A stretch of DNA of 64,000 nucleotides. It comes from Phoronis australis (Eukaryota > Animalia > Phoronida). The stretch is taken from positions 580,902 to 644,901 of the forward strand of contig NMRA01000115.1 of NCBI GenBank assembly GCA_002633005.1, in the 5' to 3' direction. How positions within the stretch are numbered: the first letter of the stretch is position 1; the number at the start of each line of letters is the position of its first letter. The translations under genes were made by a program, and so were the position numbers. The notes beneath the pieces are model-generated. The model made no database searches and had not been told where the DNA came from. It saw only the letters and a program-made list of their open reading frames with translations. Shown here one piece after another: positions 25,201 through 38,375 of the stretch.

Positions 25201-27300
25201 GAACTACTAACTACTATTTGTGGCAATCACTTCCCATTCAGTCCACAAAACTGACGTCAAACCTGACCCGCAAAAATTTTATTCATTTTTGGGAGCTGTA
25301 AAGGCCCCGCGAACCGTGGTCTCAGACCCGTTCATTTCCAGAAAAAACGCAGCACTTCAAACGCAGTATTAACATGTTCCTCATTCATATTGTGTGCCCA
25401 CTACTTAAAACTGAGCATCTTGATAGGAAGAAGGTAGACTTAATACTTCCCTACGCAAAAAGCGCAGATTCCTTAGTACACCCTAAATATAATAGCCGGA
25501 TTAAAATTCTACATTTTTCTCACTTCTTTGCTGTTTAAATCTGATAATCATGAAGAAAAATTAACTTCGTCAAACGTTTAGTGGGTCAAACATGTCAATA
25601 CCATGATGTCGAGGTCCGCCCACGTGATTATTCAAAATTAAATCGGTATTAAACCTGTGCTTTCCGATAGAAAGTTTTGATATAAGCCACTTTTCTTTAT
25701 CAAAACCAGCCGGGCATCAAATTGTCCCTTAGTCAAAATAGTACTGAAGAACTGACTGGTTCGTTATTTGAAACGGAGGTGGTCACAGCGTTTATCGAAT
25801 ATGAGCTTGGTTTATCACTCATTCTCAAGCCAAAAGATGTTTTAAATTCGAGCCATAACGTAGAATTGTTGTGAGGACATGACAGGGACCTCAGGGGTCT
25901 CACACTCCGCTGATTTATTCACATTGAAAACGCATTTCCCAGTCACACCGGTGTGTCATAAAAGAGACGGGATAAGCATACCTGCAGCTGACGTCAGTGG
26001 CAAGTAGAACTATAACTCTCGTTTGTCACATTGGTGTAGACTCACAGTTGAACTGTTGTTTTCTGTTGACCCCAGACCGTCCGGAGTTGCACCATATACC
26101 CACTCCGGACGGTCTCTCACGACGACTTAGCGTTATGGTTAGTGAACTAGACAAGACCAATCTGGAATATTTTAACGTTGAAGGTCTTTGAGCATTTTGG
26201 TCGACTGCTATAGAAGGAAATTAGTAAAAATGGCAATCTCTTCGAAATTGTGATCCTGTCGGCAAGTAGTACAATGCAAAAATGTAAACTGACAACGCTT
26301 CTTGTTTGAATTACGTACAGTCACGCAATTTAATGGAGTCAAAATTTTTATCTTTTACGAAACAGCGCAAGAGCGCCAGCTTCTAAAAAACGAAACAACA
26401 CAAAATCGAAAGTTTTCATCACAAAGCCATCATTCGCATGCAGTTACTAAGAACAGATCACAGTGCATTTAGACTACCTGAAAGTACCTGAATTTCCTGC
26501 TGAATGCCAACTTCTAGCTTGCAAGCAATAAAAGTCTAAGAAAAGCAGGACACTGCGACAAAAGTAGGTCAAGGGGTCAACAGCTGAACTCTTTCACTTG
26601 GAACAGACTTAATATTCAACCAAATGGCATTCACCTGCGTTTAAAAAACGCACAGTGCCTAGTCAGTCCAGCAGGCGCCGATTTTTATGAAATTGGGGTT
26701 AAGTAAATTCAATCGTGACTCAAAAACTATTGAGCGCACTCTTTAAGAAAAACGAGGCCTGCATAAGAGAAAATGGGCCAAGGTAACATACGCGCATATA
26801 AAAATATGTAACGAGTGAAAATGTATGGTTTATGTACGACATATGTCCCGTAATTGAATGAGTGCAACACAAGCCGTTTTCAGAGATAAAAAGCAGAATG
26901 GGGGTAGGCGAAAGAGGTCGTTTGTTGTTGCAGGGGTAAACGTATAAAACGAAACAGTGTTAACAAAAGTGTTAACAATTAGAAAAATCATATTAATCTC
27001 TAGAAAAGTGGGCAATAAAAACGCTACAAGATGTGTATGGGGAGAACTTCAGTTGTTCTTGGGAAGGACTGACTTCTGAATTTCTTTGATACTAACCTTC
27101 GAACTCGGCATTTTCAAACCAATTGTTGGCAGTCACCAACTTAGCGGACTTTTAGCTTAGACTTCGAATTCAATACGTCAGTGTGCAAAACACATTCTGT
27201 GAGATAGAACTGCGATTATCCTTATGTTTGACAGTTTCAGGTCTCGTTACCACACGTAGAGAGGATCAGTGGTGGTCGATTAAGTCTACTGTCAAGAAAT

Positions 27301-28503
27301 ATGGTCTGTCGCCAATGCAGAAACACAAATTCAAAGATCGGGCTTGCGGTTGTAGTCAGTTTCCTGTTTTGCAGTCTCACATACTTGTTCGTGAACCAAC
27401 GCAGAAATCTCTGCCTTTATCTTGAAGATCGGCTGCATCCTAAGGATAATGGGGTAAATTCAATGAAAGGGTGCATGGATCGTCACTTGCTAACGTCGAC
27501 CAATAAAACAAGTTTGGCTCTTGGGAGTCCAGATAAAACACCGACCAAGGTTTCTATGAAAGGGAAGGCTTCAGTTCGTGGCGTCGAAATACACAGAAAA
27601 AGAAAGACAACTTTCAAAAAACAGTCGCTAGAAAACTTAAAACGTACATCATACAACGAGAGTAGTTTCAACGATACCTTTTGTGGTCCAAACAACAACT
27701 ACTGTAAAGAAAAGGTGCTGATTCTTACACCAATTAAAAACTCGTACCGTCACCTGAATAATTACGTCAATCTCATTACGTCATTAAATTACCCACACTC
27801 ATTGATTTCTGTTGTCCTTGGCGAGGATTCAAGCACAGATGGAACTTATGAAAAGGCAACAAATCTCATGAGAACTAGTTTCACCGACTTCCGAAATGCC
27901 GTTGTGTTGCCAATATCCAATTCTGTTCCAATTAAGATCTCCTTAGAGAGTTGGGCAGAAATCCATAAAAAGGAAAACCAGTTCCTGAGACGGCAACATT
28001 TGGCAAAATCTAGGAACGGTTTGTTAATGAGCACCCTAGAAGATCAAGATTGGGTGCTGTGGATTGATTCGGACGTTAGGTGGTTTCCAGCGAATATCAT
28101 CCAGGGCTTGATTTATGCCAAAAAGCAAATTGTAGTGCCAAGTTGTTTGTATAGAAAAAAGGACGGAACAACGGACGTTTATGATAGGAATACGTGGCGA
28201 GAAACAACACAATCTGTTCGGTACCAACAATCTCTTCCTAAGGAAAGCCTGGTATTGGAAGGATATGATAAGCGAAACCGGCGATTGTTTCTACCGCAAC
28301 TTAAACCCGAGGGCGAAGTAGTACCGATTGATGGAGTCGGTGGCTGTGTGCTGCTTGTGCGCGCCGATTTACATCGAAGCGGACTGGTGTTTCCGCCGTT
28401 CGTCTTTGAACATCATATCGAGACTGAGGGTCTGGCCAAAATGGCAGCCGCAATGGGAGTAAAACCGCATGGTATGCCATGGGTGGAAGTTTTCCACCTG
28501 TGA
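27301..28503 (+). CDS. Anp1/Mnn9/Van1-like (GT62-type) type II Golgi glycosyltransferase, 400 aa, single coding exon
   Basis: N-terminal membrane anchor (IGLAVVVSFLFCSLTYLFV) and stem. Then VLILTPIKN, LNYPHSLISVVL, RRQHLAKSRNGLL, WVLWIDSDV (DxD), YDRNTW, DGVGGCVLLVRADLHRSGLVFP and HIETEGLAKMA, which are motifs of the mannan polymerase subunit family. A likely 5'-UTR acceptor TTTCAG ends at 27240. Confidence 0.88.
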   Translation: MVCRQCRNTNSKIGLAVVVSFLFCSLTYLFVNQRRNLCLYLEDRLHPKDNGVNSMKGCMDRHLLTSTNKTSLALGSPDKTPTKVSMKGKASVRGVEIHRKRKTTFKKQSLENLKRTSYNESSFNDTFCGPNNNYCKEKVLILTPIKNSYRHLNNYVNLITSLNYPHSLISVVLGEDSSTDGTYEKATNLMRTSFTDFRNAVVLPISNSVPIKISLESWAEIHKKENQFLRRQHLAKSRNGLLMSTLEDQDWVLWIDSDVRWFPANIIQGLIYAKKQIVVPSCLYRKKDGTTDVYDRNTWRETTQSVRYQQSLPKESLVLEGYDKRNRRLFLPQLKPEGEVVPIDGVGGCVLLVRADLHRSGLVFPPFVFEHHIETEGLAKMAAAMGVKPHGMPWVEVFHL

Positions 28504-28849
28504 ATGAATCTTGCTGTCGAAAATCCCTGTTGAGAACGCATTCGGATGAAATACATGCCATGCAGTGAAAACAAGCAATCTCTTGTGAATGTGAGAGCTT
28601 TTCAAGCTACAATGTATCGACAGGTTTTCAATGACAGTTCAAAGCTGTCGTGAGGGATGAAATTTAGATACAACCTGTATGCTGAAAAGTAGTTTACAAG
28701 TACGCTGTTGAAAATGATCTTTCCGCTTCTTTGGATATTAACTTCATAAAACAAATTTTAACGCAAACCAAGTTAGTTATTCACAAATCATGCCCTTTTA
28801 ACATGATTTTAATTCCTTCCATATAAGCAGAATTTTATAGACAATTCTT

Positions 28850-29285
28850 CAGTTGAATTTCGCATTTTTGTGGTGCACCAACCAAATGGCGAACACAACT
28901 GAAGGCCTCTGAACAAAATTCTATGTAACTACAGGCAACCTGAACAACACGGCTCACGCACTCATGACAAAGGCTCACAGACCAGCCTGCAAACTCAATT
29001 CACTGACTCCTTAATCATAAAACAGCTAGGGCTTACGCATCCAAAAAAACATCTCGCTGTCTCACATGACTAAGATTCAATTGCCGGAACTGTGTTTGGG
29101 GTACGCAGTGCTTTCTTTTGATCAAGGGTGCAAGCCGTGTTTTGTAAGCGCGAGGCCGTGTTTGTGAGTTAGTGAACTGAGTTTACAATTTCGTGAGCCA
29201 TGTTCATGATTTCGGAACTATGTTCACGAAAGCATAAGCCGCGTTGTTCGTGGTGGTGCACTAAAAAGGGACGTAAATTTCGGAT
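28850..29285. mobile_element. Degenerate MITE-like inverted-repeat element in the 3' region of the glycosyltransferase gene
   Basis: AATTTCGCATTTTTGTGGTGCACCA ... TGGTGCACTAAAAAGGGACGTAAATT, with mirrored CACGGCTCAC / GTGAGCC subterminal motifs. Confidence 0.4.
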
Positions 29286-31350
29286 AGTATCGTGGGTAAA
29301 AGATCTAGTGAATTGTCGATTTAGCTGGGCGAGGAAAGAAAAAGCTTGGTAGAGTGGTCTATTCAAATTAGTGTTTCCATTTTGACTCACTGAAAAGCGA
29401 TTTCATGTGTACTCTGTATCCGTTTGTGGTACATTTGTGCAAACCCTTTAACTACAGTTTTTATTAGTATTTTTGTATTTTGTTGTCATAATCGTGCTCA
29501 AAAGAAGCAAGCTTCCGCATAAAACAACAGCAAACGAATGGATAAACATATAGCCGTCTCTAGGATTGACATAAATCCCTTGTTTCAATAAATACAAAAA
29601 TCCTAGTTGTAACAACTTTGCTATTGTTGTAAGCTTGTGTGCTACATGTTAAAAGTCGTGTTCTTGAAAACGAGGGTACTTTGAAACTAATACAGAATTT
29701 GCAAGCTTATTGGTTTCACGCTGAAGTTCACCATTTTAAGTTCGGGCCGATGCACATATTGAGATTATTGCTGGACGGAAAACAGTGGTTGAGGTTTTTA
29801 TAAAACAAGAAAATCCGTTGTGTTTTTGGCATTTTATTACAAATTGTCAATTTTCCGTCTGCTGCCTGTCATTATCTGAAATCATGGGACTTTGACGTTA
29901 CCAGCTACTATATACCAGTGTTCTCTCCTTGACTGAGGCGCCATCTAAAACATTCAACACCTGTGGTGGTCTGAGGTTGTTCCTTACTCAAATGATGAGA
30001 GTTGAGTTTCCAGGTTAGTCTGTGTAAGGAATTGGGAGTTTGTTATTCTTTGAGTGACACGCCGCAAGCTAACTAAGTATCAGTAGAGCATGACTCAAAC
30101 AATAACGAACAGTCAGCTCTTTCAAAACTCAGAATTGCCTGAAATCACTTCTAAATAGACTAAGAAACAATTTGAGACCAATTTCATAACAGTAGGTGAT
30201 CTTAATCCGAAACGTTGTTTGTCGATCTCGGAAGGCGGCGCTTTAGGCCTGCAACCGTTTGACGACAGACTCATTGTACGTGCAGGTACGTTAGACGTCA
30301 AAGAAAAGAACTTGTTGACCAATTAGGCAATAAAACTGGTCTTACAACAAGAAGTTGTTTATGGGCTTGGAAAGTCAAACTGACATCAATTTGTTATTGC
30401 TTGAGACCATGCCCGGCGCATCAAGCAACAAACCGCCTACTTTTTCATAACTCTTGTTTTTGTTAATTAAGATTTTTTCATAAAAAAAATACAAGACCTA
30501 TGCAACATTTCAAAAGCAATTCCAAAAAAATTGGAGAACAGTGCACAAACCATTATGCCAGAATGTTTCACACGAACCCCATCAAGCCATGTCTACGATA
30601 TAAAGTTCCAAAAGTAAGAACATTTTCAGCCAAGCGAGCTCAAGCCGATTAATTTGTCCAAAATTCTGCCAGATGTCGCTGAAGTCCCGGAAATGTTCAT
30701 CGTTCAGCCATGAAAAGATGAAAGATGAGTGAAACGCTTGACAGGTACAAATCATTAACAGTCTTGGTTCCAATGCATGGGCGGCGTAGCAATGAACTAA
30801 GAGGGGAGCTATAGCCCTCAGCCCCCTATGGTACGCCGCCCGTGCTATAGACTATAATAGTGTACCGACTAGATGGTGCCAATTGTTTGTTGAAGTTTGG
30901 CAATCCTAAATTATACAAATGTGAATTTTTGAACTCGACAAAAACTCCTGTTCTGGCTGAGTGCAGGAAGTCAGCTGCAGCCACAGCTAGCAGTGACCAC
31001 CTAAGGTCAGGAGGCCGGTGATGTCTTTAATTCCTCTAACTTGAACAAATATTGTTGTAATCAAACTTTTTTTCGAGCAGTTGAGTTGCCCAAATTGGTA
31101 AGTGCCCATTTTTACACGGCACAGGTTCGTATCTTTACCGCGCCCACTTGATGCAGGAGCACGTGTACTGTTAAAAATGGCCAATTGTCGATTTGGGCCA
31201 CTCAGTACTCTTGAAACAAAATATTATTTCATCAACGCAGCTACCCCTGTGACCATGATGTGACAATTGTGTTATTCATACCTACTGGACTTTGTTTGTG
31301 AGGTGCGGATATACTGTACTGTAGTTCCTCTGTAATCATTTATTGTATAG

Positions 31351-31401
31351 AGTCACTGATGATGCTTGACTGGATTTGAGGTAAAAGTGAAATGTCTGGT
31401 T
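31351..31401 (+). ncRNA. Degenerate minimal hammerhead-like motif in a BAG2 upstream intron
   Basis: AGTCA-CTGATGA-T-GCTT...AAGT-GAAA-TGTC-TGGTT. Both stems need G-U pairs. Confidence 0.3.
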
Positions 31402-31497
31402 GTATTTATATATGCATATAATTACACATATGAAACTAATTATTTAAACTTTTGTCATTTCATTTCTATTCTTCTCTTTCCTTGCAGTCCTCTAGAG

Positions 31498-31534
31498 ATG
31501 TCTGCTACTGCTGGTCCTGTTGTTGCACATGACG
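31498..31534 (+). CDS. BAG2: BAG2 coding exon 1 (MSATAGPVVAHD/G); coding sequence may begin further upstream
   Basis: Pyrimidine tract plus TTGCAG acceptor ending at 31487, ATG at 31498, and phase-1 donor G|GTAAGG matching the next exon. Confidence 0.65.
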
Positions 31535-32470
31535 GTAAGGCTGATTGAAATGACATACTGGGATTTTAAGAGTGAAGTACAGTTTACATCAGGCAAAACT
31601 ACCTAGGGGGGTGATAAACTCAGTGTCACGGATTTGAACCATATTATGCATTTTAGTTACCTTTGGGATGATAAGCAAAACAGAAAAGTCTTAAGTTCAT
31701 TTTACCTTGTTTATGGGGGAGAAATCAGGGGGCCTCTGTTGTGGGGGTAAACTAAAAAATGGACTCACCGAGAATGGCTTATTTGCGATGCATAAAAAAG
31801 TACTGGTGCACATGTAATGATCAAAAGCAAGTCTTTGACTCCATCGAGATGTTAAAGAATTAGCTTTAACTGTAACCAGATGATCAGCAAAGTATTTGCA
31901 GCAAAACCAGCTGCAGTAATTTTGCTTGGATGTGACCCTCATTATAGTGTATGTGCTGATTGCATGCCCTCAGGGGTAGCAACGCCTTAATTCCACATCC
32001 TCATTGTTGAGTTTAAGTATATCGAATATTGTTTAAATTATTGAAAACATAGGTTACGATTGATGTTAAAGAGCCCGTAGTCAAATTGGTGTGAAAGGTC
32101 ATCCGATAATGCTTGAACATTTTGTGGGTTGTAACATCCAACGATAATCCTAGCAAGTGTTTAAAAAACCTCTTATGGTTGTTTATTTTGCTCTTTTTTG
32201 TCCATTCTTTGTACTTGAAGTATCAAAGCGCCAACTAATACACCATCTTTTGTTCAGTTATGAAACTACTGTAGCATCTTTCCACAATATAAGATTCGAA
32301 CAATTTTTTGTATCAAAAGTTGGCGTTGTTTGACCTTGAAAATGGCTGATTGTGGGTGCATTACTCTTGCAGGATATCTTGCATGTAGCAACTCTTCATG
32401 TTCGTTTTGAGCTATGTTTACCTCGATACCAGTAAACTAATTGGTCTGTTACTATTCTATCTCATATTAG

Positions 32471-32641
32471 GTTCCCAGTGTGACGACAAACGAGAGCGAC
32501 TGCTGACATCTGTGGATAATTTGGAGAAACGCGTTGAGTTACTTAGGTCGCATGCTTTATCACTGGAAAAAGAGAAAGATGACCTGCTGTGTACCCTTCA
32601 TAACTTACAGTTTGACCCAGAACTACATGTTATTAGTGAAG
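32471..32641 (+). CDS. BAG2: BAG2 coding exon 2 (coiled coil)
   Basis: RERLLTSVDNLEKRVELLRSHALSLEKEKDDLLCTLHNLQ...ISEG aligns with vertebrate BAG2 RLLESLDQLELRVEALR...EKEILL...ISDG. TAG acceptor and phase-1 GT donor. Confidence 0.9.
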
Positions 32642-35156
32642 GTATAAATAATGCTCGATTAGGTGCCGCTTGTGTTAAAGTTCATCTGTCCAATCATAGC
32701 TAAGATGGATGCGTACATGTGATTGCGTACTGAGCAAAATAAGAGCAAAACGTTTCGCAGTGTTACGTGATATTAATTCATCTGTAGTAGATATTCAAAT
32801 TTATCTTCATAAGGCACTTTTAAGATCCTGATTTCTTATTAGTTATGACTTAGTGTACGACCTTTGATAAAATGGTCCCAGAAGTCACTAGATATCTTGG
32901 GATATTCGTTGGTGCAGGATATGGGATTTTTTGCCTAGAACGTGTAATAATAATCTGTGTATTGAAGAACATTAAAAGCCCTTTTTATGTGACCATAAAA
33001 TACTGTACATATGTGGGTGCATATTGCTGTTATCTCTGTATGGGTGTCTGCTGCTGTATTTCCTAAACCTCTTGAAGGAACATAATGAGATTTTGCAGAT
33101 GTGTTCCTATACAGCCAAAACCAGACGGTGACAAGTTTCGGACAGATCTGACTGCCCCTTTGCCCCCTTGTGGCATTTTTAGTTTTTTACATTTGCCTCT
33201 GCATTCTTAGAGTTCCTTGGTGGATTTCATAAAATTTGAGTCTTTTTTAGTGTAAATTATCTCTCCAAACAAAAGGTATTAGTTTTGTGGTGTATTCTTG
33301 ATTATGAAGTGTCTACAATTAATTTTTGAATGTTTGGTTAGAGGGGAAGAGGAGAAAGCGAGGGACAGACAAACTTACAAAAACATCAGCGATGAAATCA
33401 GCAGAACGAAAAATACGATGAATTTTGGTGTATTATTAAAAATGATTGTGTTACCTTTCCCTCATACCGGTATAACCCTATGTTCTCCTCTCCCATAGTT
33501 CCCCCAGTTGATATTCCCCAGACTCGATGTTCTACATAGGTCAACGTTGATTTCCATGCCCGCAGTCTTCATATTCTTCGGTCCCAACATTCCGCTTGCT
33601 CAAAATACCTGGGTACCAAATGTTCCCTCTTTCCGATGCCTCCCCGGTTTGATGTTAGCTACTTCTAGTGTCATTCCTGTTTTTTTTTATGCAGGAAAAT
33701 CCAAAGTTTTTCATTAGTCATCTACTAAATCATGTAGCAAATTTCTCACGTTTTCTAATAGATGTGTATTCTGACCATATTGTTTGTTTGTGTTTTAAAC
33801 AAAAACATCTGTCCCTGAGAAGCAACTGATATATGGTGAATATTCAATAACTGGACTTGAGCCTTGCTTCCATGAGTATGTAGTCCTTGTTTCCATTTAA
33901 GTGTGTAATACATATCACGTGATCTGAGATGCATATACAATTCATGCATTGCAATAGCCAATGTTTCATTGTCAGTATGAAATGATCATGATTGTAGGAA
34001 AAAACACTTCATGGAGATTTAGGGACAACCCTTTTTTCATGAGGTGTGGCAATGAAGTCAATTTTATTTTTAGAAAACTTTGTTTTCCATTCAACCGAAG
34101 TCAAATCAATGTTGTAACGGATAAATACATTCTGAAATTAGATGATTTAGTCAAAACCACAATGAGTAACAGTTTTCATTTAATTTGATAATTAAATAGC
34201 TGAACTGTTTTTTATCTTGAAATGTAATGGCTCACTTTTATTCTGGCATAAGTTAATAAATTAAAAATTCTCACAGTTTACCAAGTAACATAAATGTTGT
34301 ATTGATGTAACGTAGGTGATTATGTGTTCTTAACTGGAAATCATGGAAAATATAAATGCAAAATAGTGTATCTTTATCACCATACTGTGTAATTATGTTT
34401 ATGGTTTTTTGAGGAAAAGCAAGTGCATCCCAATTACACCTATGAAAGATTAGTTAATTTTTGTAAAAATTAACTTCAAAACATTACCAGTTTTGTATAC
34501 ATTTCTGTACAGTTTATAACTTGAAAAGTAGTAAAACATGTTTGGAATGGTAGTTCCAAATTTCACCACCAGGCAATCTCATAAATTCTGAAATTTGTCG
34601 TAAATTCTCCATTTAAAAGAGTGTATGTTTTTATGACTCATAATAACGGAACCTCTAGAAATATTATTTGTAATATTATCCCTTATGGACAAATTTTAAT
34701 GCTTTGAAATGTGTTCTTTGTCCAATTTGCTGAATTACCGAAATATTGATGTCAAATTTCATGAAAATGTGCAAGTCTAAACACAGGGACTTTCTGTTTT
34801 CATAAAGTACTATACTTTTTTATACATTTATTGGCAATGAGAAAAACATTACGATATCAAAGATACCAAAATAAAATTGACCTGCAAAAGTGTTCACGAA
34901 AATGGTTTTACAAACCTTCTACGGGTACGGCACACGGCTTGGTTAGCAAAATTTGTACAATAGTGTACAGCCCTATGTGAGCCTTTCATATATAATGTTA
35001 GATTTTGTAGCTGTTCAAAAGATTATCCGAAATCAGCTAGCCCATAATCTTTTGTCGACTTCAAAACCATCATTTCTGGCCTAGGGGATTCTTGTTTTGG
35101 GGTCAGATATGCTAAAGAATTTTTTGGAGTCTAAAAGGTAATTTTTAATCTGACAG

Positions 35157-35503
35157 GGGCCCGTGAGGATATCATGGTGAATTCTGAGAGGCTGATTTGC
35201 CGTTGTTTAACTGTTGAAGTGGACGTCATCACCCCGAGAGATGCGCAACAGGAAGCAGCTTTAAGAACGGTGCAGTCGTTCATCAACACTCTCGAGATAC
35301 AGATTAAGAGCCACCTGGAGGAGAGTCACAGAAACCTGACATTGTTTTTGAATGCCTGCCTGGACACAGATGGTGCAGTTCACCAAGACTTTCAGAAAGC
35401 GCTTCTGTCCTGTACAGCAGATGACCAGAAGAAAGTCAGGACAAAACTACAGCTCTGGGACACAGCCTTGAAGCAGTCGAAAGGCAGATTTCAAATGTTG
35501 TGA
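35157..35503 (+). CDS. BAG2: BAG2 coding exon 3 (BAG/BNB domain, Hsp70 nucleotide-exchange factor)
   Basis: AREDIMVNSERLICRCLTVEVDVITPRDAQQEAAL...NAC...DFQKALLSCTADDQKKVRTKL matches BAG2 LTVEVSVETIRNPQQ...[20 protein letters not shown]. CAG acceptor ends at 35156 (phase 1); TGA at 35501-35503. Confidence 0.92.
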
Positions 35504-35549
35504 CAATTGAGTGGGAAATTGTATCTATCACCGACAGAAGGTCAAGGCC

Positions 35550-35825
35550 AAGTCTGTTTCACAAAAAGTGACTTAAGACTGGAATTTGGTCTTACACTTG
35601 GACTTCACAATTACTGAATAAAGGTTTAGACATGTAATTATTAGTTCATCACAACCTAGAAATTACAATTTGAGCTTAGTAACCATCTGATGTGGGTATT
35701 CTGAGAGACTTATACTTTTGGTAAAGTGAGATTTATTAATTACTTTTCAAACAAAAAAGTTTTGTGGAGTACAAGACCAAATTTCTGACTCAAGTCTTAA
35801 TTCACTTTTCACGAAACAAACCACA
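35550..35825. mobile_element. Harbinger-like MITE in the BAG2 3' region
   Basis: TCTGTTTCACAAAAAGTGACTTAAGAC...GAATTTGGTCT mirrored by AGACCAAATTTC...GTCTTAATTCACTTTTCACGAAACAA. Related pieces lie at ~17430-17475 and ~60985-61110. Confidence 0.5.
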
Positions 35826-38375
35826 GGACAAGTCTGGTGATAGAAAGCGGAATCAATCGAGACTGATTACTGATGGTTTGCACTGAATATATTGCTACTG
35901 TGTGGATGGCATGATTGCGTTTTCAAAAACTTGAAGATGCACCATTGTTTTGTCTGCTTAGTTTAAACTTATGCAGTCTTCATTGTAGCAATCATAGATT
36001 TGAGTCTAAATTTCTTCAATTCTAAATTTCTTCAGTAGGACAGTTTTCCTGACTTCTATGACCAATGATGAAGATATACCCGTTGTCTTTTATGTTTTAT
36101 ATTTCTGCTTCTCATTGAGTTAATGTATTAGATGTTTCTTTTATTCCCCTTCACAGTCATACTTTTTCTTCTTTCTTTTCCATTAAACCTCCATAAATGG
36201 AATTTAAATTTTAATCAAACAATGCTCTTTCAACTCTTAATCAGAAATGTTTTCGAAATAGGTTTTGAATTTCTGGTGGAGCACCGACAGAATGACTGCA
36301 TAAGTTAAATAGCATCTAACTCACTTTTTATTTACATTCCAACCTGGTGAAAATACAGGGAATAGTGTCTTCAGGAAGAACCTTTTGCTCAGTGTTATTG
36401 GAGGTATTAAGGCCTTAGCATTACTGACTGAGACCTGGCAGGTTTTCTGATTTCCAATATTGGACTGCAAAACAAGATGGTCCAGTCAGCTGCCTTTTGT
36501 TTAGCGCATATCATAGTACTGTAAATCTCTCATCAGTCAGAGGTACGAATGGACTGTAAATTTTATCTGAGTGTAAAGTGAAATCTGACTTATTTGAAGG
36601 ACCAAATACGCACCCTAGAACAAAGATACCCTGACAGAAATGTGACAGAGTTGAGGAAAACATGATATTAATACCAGGTATTCATTGCTGTACTACTTTC
36701 ATTTTTTTAAATCATGAGGTAACTTGGTACCCTGTTTTGAATGTTTACTTCATAAAGTTAACGTATCCAGGTAAGCCAAACTACATTTATGATTTTCCCA
36801 ATCAGGTCTGATGAAATCAGCTAATGGGTGCCTATTTTGTTAATTTGGTATTTGTTAATGACTCTAATTTAGAATATTTTACTCACAGTGAAACTGTGTT
36901 AAAAGGTGTGTGCTTTTGCTCACTCATATAACATTTTATTCTGTCAGTCCCAAGGGAACTGTTTTGTACAGATAATTCCATTTGGATTGCACTTTTATAA
37001 TAAAAAAAAACTTTTAGAACGTCCCATGAGGTTTGCTGTAACCATAGCAACAATACTGTCAAAAATGTTCATATTTTTATGTGAGACTGCAGCCTTAAAG
37101 AGACCCAAAACTGGTAACCTTAAACTTTTGTATAACAAGTTTGACACCAGTTGTCTATAGCTGCAGGCCAGGGAGTAATGACAAGAGTCTTGTGACGTCA
37201 GGACCTAATCTCCCAATTCAGACTCAACTTGGAGTAGTAACTGATTTAACTAATCCTATTGTATAGTTCCAGTACGGATTTGTAAGTTTACTCGAACTGT
37301 GCCATGCAATTGGTCAATTTATTGTAATTGTTTAAGAAGACCGATTACTTTGTTGCCTTTGGTAACTTTGCCTGTAGAAGTTAAGTTACTAATGGTGGAC
37401 TAAAAACTTCATTTTTTATAAATTTCGTAAAATTATTTCTTCATTGGCACATTGTGTGCTAAACAGGTGAAGAATTGCCGTATGCGGACGTTTTTCCGAA
37501 AGCTGTGGTTGAACTGCCCCTCTCACACTCTTAATCCTCGGGTGAGAACAAAAGGAAGAAATTACAGTGGTAACTGATGTTACCAAACGTTGAAAAATTC
37601 ATAAGACAAGTTTACAGCTATTTAGCAGTTTGGCTGTGTAGGCTTCGTCCATCCATACGCATAGTAGCAGAGACTATTAAGGCCACGACAGTTTAATTTT
37701 ATTACAAGGTGACTGACTAGTCGCCAAGCATGTCTTCAAGAAATAAACTATCAGTATATAAAAGGGGAGACATTTGATACATAGTTCCTAATCTTTTCCC
37801 TGGCTCAAAACCATAAAGTTGCATCATTAATCTTAAAAAACAACCCATTTAACACGGTTTCAACACAATTTCTTACTAGATAATAATTCTTGCATTGTGA
37901 CACCATAACCAACAGAGTAGCGATCGACATGACTCAGCAATCGAATTTCGTAAAGCCAAGTTGGAATCTAACTTTACCGAGAAAGAGTGTTGTCGAAGTC
38001 CTTGACAGTCACTTCCATTGGCCAGATGACAAAATAATTTTTATGAACACTCATTGACAAGTAAACCCGGTATCATGTAATACGCACTACATCGCTTAAC
38101 TTGCAGTTGCATAACTCGAGGACAGTCTGCAATAGCCGTCACCTTCTCTACGGTTCCGATTACTGCAATGCACGCCCACACTAGGCATAGAGCGTCCCTT
38201 ATATAGCTCGTCTATCACTGTTACCATAACACCGAAGTTAAACAAGTCCGTAGATTAACAACCCAACACCCTCTTAGTCATTGGCCTCGAAAAACGACAC
38301 CGGAGATAGAAAATGGCTGAAATCAGAACACAAGAAGTCACATTAGCACCATCAGCAGTCAAAATGGCCAAAAGC

